From the NCBI GenBank assembly GCA_029856365.1, contig JAHQWW010000039.1, positions 1 to 27,654 of the forward strand: DNA of 27,654 bases, in the 5' to 3' direction. This document shows, in pieces, positions 18,562-27,144 of the stretch. The notes beneath the pieces were generated by a model. It worked only from the letters and a program-made list of their open reading frames with translations. It had not been told where the DNA came from and made no database searches. Position 1 is the stretch's first letter; each line of letters begins with the position of its first letter. Position numbers and translations under genes: made by a program. This DNA comes from Candidatus Hodarchaeota archaeon. Lineage in GTDB: Archaea > Asgardarchaeota > Heimdallarchaeia > Hodarchaeales > Hodarchaeaceae.

Positions 18562-19338
18562 ATGTTTAAGCCAATAATTCAAAGAAAGGAGCCAGAAATA
18601 AAAATGGATAGAGATTTTATTTTAGCACGAGAGGCACAACTGGTTTTTTCTAATTCTGCAGCCTCAGGGTTCAATCCTGTAGGAGAATCCTTAGCACGAT
18701 GGCAAGGAACTTTGACCTACACAACCAGTCGAGGCCGAAACATGTTTTCTTTCGAGATCTTTTTACCAGAATATTTCCCCAATGTCCCTCCCGTGGTTAC
18801 AGCAGTTGGTTACATGGATCACCCAAATATCGATGAAGATAGCTTTGTTCAATTACGAATCTTAGATAACTGGCGTGCAGAGTTTCATCTTTACCAAGTG
18901 ATTATAGCATTAAAGAACCTCATGTCTAGGGTGCCTCCAACTCCACGAGGTGAGGCTGCTAAGTCAGTTCGCGAAACAGTTGCCCGATTAACCGAAACGC
19001 CCCCAGTGATCGAACGTCAAACAACCTCCGCAGAAACTACGGCCTTAAGAACAGAGGTATCTTCTTTAACACATAAATTACAGGAAAAAGATGAAGAATT
19101 AGCCCGATTACGTGCACAACAGATGGTTCAAGTACAAACATCACAGAGAGATCAACGTTCAAGTCTCTCAGCTCAGGATAACCTCGAATCAGAACGTATT
19201 GCCCTCTCAGAGTTATTAGCATCACTTGAAGATCGCTATTCAGCTGGGGAGATTTCAATTTTCGAATATTCACGTTTATACAAAAAATATACAAAAGAAC
19301 TATATACAATTCGAAAACAATTAAATTATTTGGGATAG
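18562..19338 (+). CDS. vps23: ESCRT-I Vps23/TSG101-like protein (UEV, coiled coil, steadiness box)
   Basis: UBC fold (WQG, LPEYFPNVPP, HPNI) with no catalytic Cys (SFVQL), Pro-rich linker, coiled coil, and SB-like ALSELLASLEDRYSAGEISIFEYSRLYKKY. Confidence 0.87.
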   Translation: MFKPIIQRKEPEIKMDRDFILAREAQLVFSNSAASGFNPVGESLARWQGTLTYTTSRGRNMFSFEIFLPEYFPNVPPVVTAVGYMDHPNIDEDSFVQLRILDNWRAEFHLYQVIIALKNLMSRVPPTPRGEAAKSVRETVARLTETPPVIERQTTSAETTALRTEVSSLTHKLQEKDEELARLRAQQMVQVQTSQRDQRSSLSAQDNLESERIALSELLASLEDRYSAGEISIFEYSRLYKKYTKELYTIRKQLNYLG

Positions 19339-19339
19339 G

Positions 19340-19969
19340 ATGAATTTCATGACTTTTCCTCCAAATTTAGCGAAACGTTGGGAATTAGAAGGACATTTAT
19401 ATGCAAATATTGGGACTCTTGACTTATTATCTCGGACTTATGAGCGAGGTGAATTAGATCCGAATATCTTTCATAAACAACACAAGAATCTTTTAACATC
19501 AATTGTTGCGATTCGAGGAAAGCTAGAAAGCTATAATTTTGATTTGGATGACTTCATTCATACGGAACAGATTGAAAAATTATTTCCATATGGTCTTGAG
19601 AAACTTCATATGACAGAAGGTACAGATGACTCACCTCGAAATCGCATTGATTATAGCCAAATTAAGAAACTTCCCAGTGTTGCGGCCGAATTTGTAGCTA
19701 ATGCCATTGAATTACTTGATCTTCTTCGTTTAGAGGCCATAGCAACTGTAGATCGAATTCTACCTTATCTAGATGAGCTTTACGCAATTCTAACTAAATC
19801 TCATGTATATGGAACTGATCATTGGGTAACACAAGATATTGATCAGTGGATAAAGTGGATGGATAGGCAAAAACCCGGCCAACTCTTAAAACAAGACGAA
19901 TTGCGAAAGTTAGAGTTGCAGGCTACAAGATGGCTTTCAGATTTCCGCCGAGAATTGAATAATCTCTGA
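19340..19969 (+). CDS. vps28: ESCRT-I Vps28-like protein
   Basis: LYANIGTLDLLSRTYERGEL (compare Vps28 L.A.I..L..LEKAY..D.I) and a C-terminal helical bundle (FVANAIELLDLLRL..VDRILPYLDEL); starts 1 nt after vps23. Confidence 0.85.
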   Translation: MNFMTFPPNLAKRWELEGHLYANIGTLDLLSRTYERGELDPNIFHKQHKNLLTSIVAIRGKLESYNFDLDDFIHTEQIEKLFPYGLEKLHMTEGTDDSPRNRIDYSQIKKLPSVAAEFVANAIELLDLLRLEAIATVDRILPYLDELYAILTKSHVYGTDHWVTQDIDQWIKWMDRQKPGQLLKQDELRKLELQATRWLSDFRRELNNL

Positions 19970-20006
19970 AATATCTGATTTAAATTTATCAATTCTAAAA
20001 TTAGAA

Positions 20007-21353
20007 TCAATTCAAAAGATTGGTTTTCCCAGTTCGAACCAGCAATTCTGTAATTGCATCATTTATTTTAGCGAGCTCCAATTCGAATTGTTTGATCAAC
20101 TCGAAATAATCTCGACTGGAGACCTTTTTTCTTCCTTCCTTGAGTTCCTGTAAAGCCTTTTCATTAGCCAGCTTACGTAAGCGAAGGTCACGAAGTCGAT
20201 CTTCAAGAACCCCTGTGACAAAATCTGGTTCTCTTTCTTGGTCGGAAGTTGTTTCAGCCGTTCCCCTCGTGTTTCCGATCATATTTGAACTAAAATTAAG
20301 CGCTGAAAGTATTTTTTCTTGGTAAATTTCGGAAGACCAATCTCGAAACGGTTCATGGACATATATATCACTGGGACGTCCGTAATAACTTAGTTGAAGT
20401 GCATCAAATATTCGCATTAGGGTCTGAAAATCCGCTCGCAGTTCATAGTCATGTTTGATGGTTGTTATTTGAAGTTTATCCCGTTTCAGAAGCCCTGTGT
20501 TTGTTTTTTGGACATCAATCAGATCTTCTGGTGGAAATTCATCATTTATTATAATTTTCTGACCTAATATCTTGTGTCTTTTTTTACTGAGCATAACAAT
20601 TCTATCAGTTGTGATTACCAAATCAATAGAACTCTTTCTGATACCACTGTTCTGTAATCCAATATTTGGGAAAAAACCTATAGCCAATTCTCCAGGTACA
20701 AAAACAAAGACATCAAAGCATCGTCCAAGATGTCGTGCCATCTCCTCAAACTGATCACACTGATTTTCTATATACTCAATTAGATCGTGGATTGGTTGAA
20801 GTTTATCATGGACTGTTTGATCGAAACTGGTAATTTGTTTCTGGAAAAGACTAAGTTGAAGCGAAAGATTACGATAATCAGTAAAAGAGGAGTCTAAACC
20901 CATTAAACTGCGATAGAGTCGATTTAATTTCGAAGCATATTCTTGAAATTCAGATAAGGTAAAATTTTCAATTTTTTTGGTGTCGAGGAAGATTTTATCG
21001 ATCTGATTTCCTGGGATAAGAAACTGTTTTCTAAAAGATCGTAATCTGGATTCAAGATGCCCAGTGCGTTTAAGTACGATGACTGAGCGATAACCTACTT
21101 GTTTAAGTGAGCGTTTCAACTCAAAAATATGTTCCAAGGTTTCAGTTTTCAAATTCTGTGTAGGAGAACCCATTTCAATATTTGGTGAACCGCATGGACA
21201 TTTAAACTGGGCACCATTAGTCTGTAGTTGAGAGGCACACTGAGAACAGAATGCTGCACCGCAATCAAAACACTTCTGGGAATCTAACTCTCGAATCATG
21301 GTGCCACAAAATGAACAATAAAAGCTTGATATTCCGGAAGGCATCTCGAGCAC
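20007..21353 (-). CDS. Uncharacterised 8-Cys Zn-finger / coiled-coil / PH-like / helical-tail protein (probable start ATG 21344)
   Basis: C-x2-C-x11-C-x2-C-x4-C-x2-C-x12-C-x-C; LVITTDRIVML..KLQITT resembles PH-like folds. The annotated GTG lies inside an SD-like GAGGTG that ends 6 nt before an ATG. Confidence 0.7.
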   Translation of the reverse strand: MLEMPSGISSFYCSFCGTMIRELDSQKCFDCGAAFCSQCASQLQTNGAQFKCPCGSPNIEMGSPTQNLKTETLEHIFELKRSLKQVGYRSVIVLKRTGHLESRLRSFRKQFLIPGNQIDKIFLDTKKIENFTLSEFQEYASKLNRLYRSLMGLDSSFTDYRNLSLQLSLFQKQITSFDQTVHDKLQPIHDLIEYIENQCDQFEEMARHLGRCFDVFVFVPGELAIGFFPNIGLQNSGIRKSSIDLVITTDRIVMLSKKRHKILGQKIIINDEFPPEDLIDVQKTNTGLLKRDKLQITTIKHDYELRADFQTLMRIFDALQLSYYGRPSDIYVHEPFRDWSSEIYQEKILSALNFSSNMIGNTRGTAETTSDQEREPDFVTGVLEDRLRDLRLRKLANEKALQELKEGRKKVSSRDYFELIKQFELELAKINDAITELLVRTGKTNLLN

Positions 21354-21637
21354 CTCGTACTATCCCAGTAGGTAAGAATTTCAGCTTTTCGTTTATAAGC
21401 TTACAAAGTCTTAACATATTATGGTAATCAAAATTTTAAGAAAATTGTGAACTGTAACTACTTGCCCTTAAAAGTGCTTCTATAAGTCGTTTTGACTGTT
21501 TCAACAACCAGATTCGAACATTTTTGAACAGTACTATCCTATACACAAATTTTGAGTGTCGGATTATAAAGAAATATAAATGAAATCATGTAAGTCCAAC
21601 TTGAAATTATAGTAGGAAAGATAGGAAAGCAACCATT

Positions 21638-22354
21638 ATGGGATTACGGAGAATCGAAGAGAAACTTGCTCAAGAAGCTGAGATGAAGCATAAAGGTACG
21701 GAATTAGCGCTGAAATCCTTAGAAGAAATGACCCGAAAAGTCCAGGATCTTCATGAGGATTTACAAAGGTTAGAGAAAAGGCATCAAGCAGATCTAAAGA
21801 AGAATCCTGAACTATCTCGACGCTTAATGGCACTACGAGAGGAATTGGGACTTCCCCGTGCCATAGGGATCTATGAGGTGGGGAAACAACCAGGTTTGAT
21901 GCAACGATTAAAAGGAAAGGATGAATATCATAATTTCTTGGCACTAAGAATCATAGAGCTAGGAAAACAAATGCGAAGTCAAACTGGTGGGCTTCTCAGT
22001 ATCTCAGAATTAGCCTTAAGGTTAAGCGACGAAAGTCAAGGAATTACTACCTCAATTGGTGATATCACAAAAGCTCTTAATTTATTAAAAGAGAATGGAA
22101 TGATTCATGAAATCCGTCAATTATCTGGGATGAAAGTTGTAGTGTTTATTGACCCTAAGCTAACCACAGATCACCAAGTCATCTTAGAATTAGCAGCTCG
22201 ATTTCAGGGACAAATTGGTTTAACTGAATTAGTTAGAGAGACATCATGGACGCTAGATCGTGTAAACCAGGGGTTAACACAATTAATCCAACAAAAAATC
22301 GCAATTAAAACCGAAACTTTGGACGGAGTAATTATATCCTTTCCAGGGATCTAA
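21638..22354 (+). CDS. vps22: ESCRT-II Vps22/Vps36 (EAP30)-like protein
   Basis: MGLRRI, HQADLKKNPEL, LALRIIELG..RSQTGGLLSISEL, DITKALNLL, LTTDHQVILELA and SWTLDRV match tandem winged helices of EAP30/Vps22. Confidence 0.9.
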   Translation: MGLRRIEEKLAQEAEMKHKGTELALKSLEEMTRKVQDLHEDLQRLEKRHQADLKKNPELSRRLMALREELGLPRAIGIYEVGKQPGLMQRLKGKDEYHNFLALRIIELGKQMRSQTGGLLSISELALRLSDESQGITTSIGDITKALNLLKENGMIHEIRQLSGMKVVVFIDPKLTTDHQVILELAARFQGQIGLTELVRETSWTLDRVNQGLTQLIQQKIAIKTETLDGVIISFPGI

Positions 22355-22570
22355 AAATCTGCCCAAATTAATCATATACTTTCTTTAAACTTAACCTCGA
22401 AATATTCTAGATCTAAACTAATATCAATACAGGTTTTTCCAGTCATTAGAAGGCTATAAGGGGTAAAGTAGGGAAAGTCTTAAGTACTGAAAACTCAAAG
22501 TACACCTGAAGACTTTTAACTAAGAAGATTAATATTTATACATTAATAATTTAGTGAGATGAATTAACCC

Positions 22571-23236
22571 TTGAAAAGATTTAAAGGTTTTTTAACCGGA
22601 AAAAAACCTAATAGCTCAACTGAAACTAAAGCAAAACTGAAACGTACCATCAATCAAATGGAAGTTAAAATCAGGAACTATTCAAGACAAGCAGATGAAC
22701 AGTATGAGCTTGCTCGAACTTTATTAAAATCAGGAAATAAGTTAGGCGCTCAACAGGCATTGAAACGCCGTGAACTTTACTTAACCCAAGTTTCAAACAC
22801 ACACAACAAAATTGCCAACCTTCAGAGAACAATTGATACTCTAGACGTATCAGCAGACAATGTTGCTTTAACTGAAACTCTAGCTTCTGCTCAAACAGCT
22901 ATTGATGCCAATATTGATGCAGCTTCCCCTGAGAGAACAGAAGAAGTAATGATGGCCTTGGAAGACTCTATTGAAATGGTTTCAGGTATGGAAGAAGCAT
23001 TAACGGACACTTCAATCACTGAAATTGGAATGGATGTTGAAGCAGATGATCGCATCTCTCAGCAAATGGCTGAATTGGAAGCTGAATTAGCTTCTGGTTC
23101 GCTTCCAGAGCCAAGTGTTGAAACATCGACCCCTGTCACTCCTGTGACGGAAACATCCTCCACTACTAAACGTGAAGCTGAGAAAAAGAAACTAGATGAA
23201 ATGCGACGACAAATTGAAGAAGGTTTGAGGTCCTAA
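22571..23236 (+). CDS. ESCRT-III Snf7/Vps20/32/60-class protein
   Basis: Basic N-terminal half (GNKLGAQQALKRR), acidic C-terminal half, ELEAEL then LPEP. TTG start. Confidence 0.88.
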   Translation: MKRFKGFLTGKKPNSSTETKAKLKRTINQMEVKIRNYSRQADEQYELARTLLKSGNKLGAQQALKRRELYLTQVSNTHNKIANLQRTIDTLDVSADNVALTETLASAQTAIDANIDAASPERTEEVMMALEDSIEMVSGMEEALTDTSITEIGMDVEADDRISQQMAELEAELASGSLPEPSVETSTPVTPVTETSSTTKREAEKKKLDEMRRQIEEGLRS

Positions 23237-23238
23237 GA

Positions 23239-23856
23239 ATGGTCTTTGATAAATTCGGAAATTGGTTGAAAGGTGGAGGTCGTAGCGATGCTAGATCCAC
23301 ACGAAAATGGATTGTACGACTACGTATGGTCGAAAAACGGATGAATCGTCAGCGAAACAAGCTCATTAAAGAAGAGAAACGAATGCTTAAGGAAGTTGAA
23401 AGATCAATCGAAGATGGCGATATGACAACAGCACGATTATTAGCGAAAGATGTAGCGAAAAATCGAACCATGGCTCGTGGATGTCAACAAATGGCAAGCC
23501 GAGTAAAAGGGATCAAATTCAAATTAGAGCAGGCTGCTGCAACCCAAGCCATAGGTCAGGATCTCAAAGGGCTAGTAAAAACCCTCCACACAATGAATAG
23601 ACAGCTAAAGATTCCTCAGCTTGAAAGTGTCCTTCAGCAAATGGAGATTGAAACTGAAAGAGTTGACATGGCTACAGAAGCTATGGATGAAGGTTTCGAG
23701 ATGATGACTTCAGATGTTGAGGAGGACGAAATGGTGGACAAGATAATTGGGGAATTGAGTGCTTCAAAAGCAGCTGCAGCTGACTTTGGACTTCCATCAC
23801 CGGACATTCGTAGTCAAGAACTTCAAAAAGAATTGGAGAAAATCAAGAAAGGATAG
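23239..23856 (+). CDS. ESCRT-III Vps2/24/46-class protein
   Basis: GDMTTARLLAKDVAKNR, MNRQLKIPQL..LQQME, VDKIIGEL and a C-terminal MIM1-like helix. Confidence 0.9.
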   Translation: MVFDKFGNWLKGGGRSDARSTRKWIVRLRMVEKRMNRQRNKLIKEEKRMLKEVERSIEDGDMTTARLLAKDVAKNRTMARGCQQMASRVKGIKFKLEQAAATQAIGQDLKGLVKTLHTMNRQLKIPQLESVLQQMEIETERVDMATEAMDEGFEMMTSDVEEDEMVDKIIGELSASKAAAADFGLPSPDIRSQELQKELEKIKKG

Positions 23857-23914
23857 ATAAGAATCCACCTCAGATTTTCTTTCTCTTAATTAGGTATTTT
23901 CTGGTGATTAAATT

Positions 23915-25060
23915 ATGAGCTCTCCATTGTTTGAAGCTGCTAAAAAGAATGCAGCCACAGCGTACAGACTCGATCAGAGTGGACAAACATCACAAGCGGT
24001 ACGATATTATGTGAATGCTGCTGAACAACTGCAGAAACTAATCAATTTTACTGACGATCCAAGTATGAAAAATTTATATTATCAAAAAGCCATGGAATAT
24101 ATTTTACGTGTAAAGGAAATTCGCGGGATTGTGGGATCGTCTGAATCTAAGACAGGTTCCACTGCAGCGCCTTCAACTGAAGATGATGAGATTTCAGGGG
24201 CCATCTCTAGCGTGATTGTTAGAGAAAAGCCCAATGTCAAGTGGGAAGATGTTGCTGGTATGGAAGGTGCAAAACGAGCCCTACGTGAAGCTGTCATTCT
24301 TCCTATGTCTCGACCAGATTTATTCAAAGGCGCTCGCAAACCATGGAAAGGAATCTTGATGTTTGGCCCGCCTGGGTGTGGAAAGACATATCTCTGTAAG
24401 GCAGTCGCATCTGAAGTAGACTCAACCTTTTTTTCTGTAAGTGCAGCTAATTTAATTAGTAAGTGGTTAGGAGAATCAGAAAAATTAGTTAAGGAATTAT
24501 ATGATCGTGCTGTTGAAGAAGCTCCTTCTATAATATTCTTTGACGAGATAGATGCCCTCGCAGGAGCAAGAGGTGGAAGTTCTGAGGGAGAAGCAATGCG
24601 CCGTATCAAAACACAGCTACTACAGGCAGTTGAGGGATTTGAGACTGGAGAAGAACTACTGGTCACCGTGGGGGCTACAAACACACCCTGGGATATTGAT
24701 GCAGCCATGCGTCGACGATTTGAGCGACGGGTCTATGTTACGTTACCAACAACTGAAGCTCGCGGAATAATGTTTCAGATTCATACCCGTGGTGTAAAAT
24801 TAGATTCAGATGTCAGTTTTGAAGAACTAGCAAAATATACTGCAGGATACAGCGCTGCAGATATTGCCCTCCTATGTCGTGAGGCCTTAATGCACCCCAT
24901 TCGGGAACTCGATGCTGATGGGGCATTGAAAGATGCAAGTATTCAGCCTCGAGCCCCTAACTTTAACGACTTTGTTGTTTCTATGGAAAATATCAAACCC
25001 TCAGTATCACCTAAAGAACTAGCACGTTATGAAGAGTGGAAAGATCAGTTTGGGGGATAG
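23915..25060 (+). CDS. vps4: Vps4 AAA+ ATPase with N-terminal MIT domain
   Basis: MIT domain (AYRLD..AVRYY..A), EKPNVKWEDVAG, GPPGCGKT, SKWLGESEKLVK, FFDEID, ATNTPWDID.AMRRRFERR and C-terminal W..QFG. Confidence 0.96.
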   Translation: MSSPLFEAAKKNAATAYRLDQSGQTSQAVRYYVNAAEQLQKLINFTDDPSMKNLYYQKAMEYILRVKEIRGIVGSSESKTGSTAAPSTEDDEISGAISSVIVREKPNVKWEDVAGMEGAKRALREAVILPMSRPDLFKGARKPWKGILMFGPPGCGKTYLCKAVASEVDSTFFSVSAANLISKWLGESEKLVKELYDRAVEEAPSIIFFDEIDALAGARGGSSEGEAMRRIKTQLLQAVEGFETGEELLVTVGATNTPWDIDAAMRRRFERRVYVTLPTTEARGIMFQIHTRGVKLDSDVSFEELAKYTAGYSAADIALLCREALMHPIRELDADGALKDASIQPRAPNFNDFVVSMENIKPSVSPKELARYEEWKDQFGG

Positions 25061-25102
25061 TAAGTCTAAGTAGACTGCTCTTAAATGGTAAGTTGAGCTT
25101 TC

Positions 25103-25882
25103 ATGTCTGAGATGCAACGAAAAAGAGATAAGGAAAAGAAAAAAACAGAACCCGTTGATGTACTTGGAACAGTCTTAGATGAGGTTACAAAAGAACCCTC
25201 AACTTCAAAATCCCCAGATTTAGAGCAAATTAGTGCTGAGGTTTCCCGTTCATCCCCTATACTTTCATCTGTTCAAAGTAAATCCACCTCAGCAGTACAA
25301 ATTCCTCCTATCTCTACTACAACCGAACCAGTAGCAGTACCAAAACTTCAACCAGGAACCGTTGACCCACGCGTGAAACCAGTTCTTCCTGCGTGGGTGG
25401 GAAAACCTTGGCGTTGGATGGTGCCCGAAGATCTACAATTAAAACAACAATGGTTAACTACATGGGGAGAATTTATGCTGGATTTTGCACGAGTGCTAAA
25501 TTTCCATATCCTTGATCTCCAAGAAGTGGCACTTGTCTACCCTTTTCAAAATCCTCTTATAAAGAAAAAATTAACACTCCCTCAACTTGTATTGATTTCT
25601 GAATATCTTATAGAAATTGAACGAGCCAGCTGGTGGGATGATGAAAAAACACGCTTACGTGTGTACTGGAAGACCTTGAAGTCGCATGCTGATGAGTTGT
25701 TTCATTACGCATTTCAACATGGTTATGATATGGTCACAGCTTTTGATATTGTCAAGATGAAACAGTCATGGTCCACATTACCTCCAGCTGATATTCGAAT
25801 GCTCATGAAAATAATGGTAGAATCGAAGCGAGCTTCATGGGCAGATTCGGAACGGAAGACAATTGAATTTCATTATGCTTAA
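25103..25882 (+). CDS. vps25: ESCRT-II Vps25-like protein with low-complexity N-terminal extension
   Basis: P..L.QQWLTTWGEFMLDF, PFQNPLIKKKL, ASW..EKTRLRVYWKT...AD.LF match the Vps25 winged-helix pattern. Confidence 0.85.
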   Translation: MSEMQRKRDKEKKKTEPVDVLGTVLDEVTKEPSTSKSPDLEQISAEVSRSSPILSSVQSKSTSAVQIPPISTTTEPVAVPKLQPGTVDPRVKPVLPAWVGKPWRWMVPEDLQLKQQWLTTWGEFMLDFARVLNFHILDLQEVALVYPFQNPLIKKKLTLPQLVLISEYLIEIERASWWDDEKTRLRVYWKTLKSHADELFHYAFQHGYDMVTAFDIVKMKQSWSTLPPADIRMLMKIMVESKRASWADSERKTIEFHYA

Positions 25883-25889
25883 ACGCTTA

Positions 25890-25897
25890 TTTTTTTT
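25890..25897 (+). terminator. Candidate oligo(T) archaeal terminator after the ESCRT operon
   Basis: A T8 run 7 nt after the vps25 stop codon. Confidence 0.4.
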
Positions 25898-25975
25898 CAA
25901 ATGAAGGTGTTAAAAACTCCAAAACTTCTTAACCTTTGTATTAAGAACCTTCATTGGCTCTTAAAGTAAGAAAAG

Positions 25976-26662
25976 ATGAACATCCAGAGGAATTCACATC
26001 AAATGTCAATTTCTGAAACAGAAGGGGAGCTACTTGCCCCCCTAGAAGATTATTTAAAGGCTGGCGTCCACATTGGAACCTCTTCTGGAATGAAGAGTAT
26101 GGAATGGGCAATTTATCGGACCCGAAGTGATGGCCTCTATGTCCTAGATGTTCATAAAACGGATGAACGGATTCGTGTCGCTGCCCAATTCCTCTCTCGA
26201 CAGAATATAGCGCAAGTTGTGGTTTGTAGTGTCCGAGCATACGGGATTTTTCCTGTTGAAATGTTTTGTAAAGTCACAGGAGCGACTCCAATCACTGGTC
26301 GTTTTATCCCTGGTATTTTTACTAATCCCAACATTAAAGGCCGATACCATTATCTTGAACCGACCTCTGTTGTTATTACTGACCCTCATTTTGATCGTCA
26401 AGCACTGAAAGAAGCAGCACGAGTAGGAATTCCAGTTATTTCATTAGTCGATACTGATAATGTGACTAGATATGTTGACCTGGCAATTCCTTGTAATAAT
26501 AAGGGCCGTAATTCTCTTGCAATGATTTTTTGGCTGCTTACAAAAGAGTTTTTGAAAGAAAAAGGCGAACTGACCCCTGAACGGGATGCTCAACTACGAG
26601 TGGAACATTTCAGGGCCCCACGAGGGCGTAGACCAACACCAGCTAGTGATATGGGATATTAA
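25976..26662 (+). CDS. rps2: 30S ribosomal protein uS2 (likely start ATG 26003)
   Basis: YLKAGVHIGT, DGLYVLDV, GRFIPGIFTNP, DRQALKEA and DLAIPCNNKGR. Confidence 0.96.
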   Translation: MNIQRNSHQMSISETEGELLAPLEDYLKAGVHIGTSSGMKSMEWAIYRTRSDGLYVLDVHKTDERIRVAAQFLSRQNIAQVVVCSVRAYGIFPVEMFCKVTGATPITGRFIPGIFTNPNIKGRYHYLEPTSVVITDPHFDRQALKEAARVGIPVISLVDTDNVTRYVDLAIPCNNKGRNSLAMIFWLLTKEFLKEKGELTPERDAQLRVEHFRAPRGRRPTPASDMGY

Positions 26663-26664
26663 AC

Positions 26665-26672
26665 GAGGTGAT
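26665..26672 (+). promoter_or_regulatory. Shine-Dalgarno site for rpoN
   Basis: GAGGTGAT ends 8 nt upstream of the ATG at 26681. Confidence 0.6.
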
Positions 26673-26680
26673 CAAGTCAA

Positions 26681-26884
26681 ATGATGATTCCCATACGTTG
26701 TTATACCTGTGGAAAAGTCTTAGCTCATTTGTACGACGATTATATTGAAGGATTAAAAGAAGGAAAAGCCCCAAATGAGTTACTTGATTCATTCGGATTG
26801 ACCCGCTATTGTTGCAGACGAATGTTGATAACGCACGTCGAACTGATTGACAACATTCTTACATTCTCAAGCCCTACTCGCTAA
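26681..26884 (+). CDS. rpoN: DNA-directed RNA polymerase subunit N (Rpo10)
   Basis: MMIPIRCYTCGK ... LD.FGL.RYCCRRML.THV. Confidence 0.97.
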   Translation: MMIPIRCYTCGKVLAHLYDDYIEGLKEGKAPNELLDSFGLTRYCCRRMLITHVELIDNILTFSSPTR

Positions 26885-26888
26885 TACT

Positions 26889-26996
26889 AGCCCCGTAGTG
26901 TAGTGGTCCATCATAGAGGACTCTGGAACATGTTTTAAGTAACATGAGAACATGTAGTGAAATTCTCTGACCTCAGTTCGAATCTGAGCGGGGCTA
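26889..26996 (+). tRNA. tRNA-Gln(CUG) with a 35-nt intron at position 37/38 (26927-26961); CCA not encoded
   Basis: Acceptor stem AGCCCCG/CGGGGCT-A, D arm, anticodon stem GAGGA/TTCTC with CT-CTG-G, T arm CTCAG-TTCGAAT-CTGAG; the intron forms a bulge-helix-bulge. Confidence 0.93.
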
Positions 26997-27144
26997 TAAT
27001 CATTTTAAGTTAGTGAGGACATCATTGTAAAAGCCCAATTTCAAGGAGTGAGGCTGTACATCATTAGGATTATGCAAACTTTTTTATTAAAACAAAAGCT
27101 AGAAAATAAGTCGAGCTCATAATGGTCAAAAACGAGAGATTATA

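Noticed and set aside
24082-24708. 208-aa antisense ORF inside vps4
   Set aside because: Shadow frame of a highly conserved gene; Ser-rich with no motifs.
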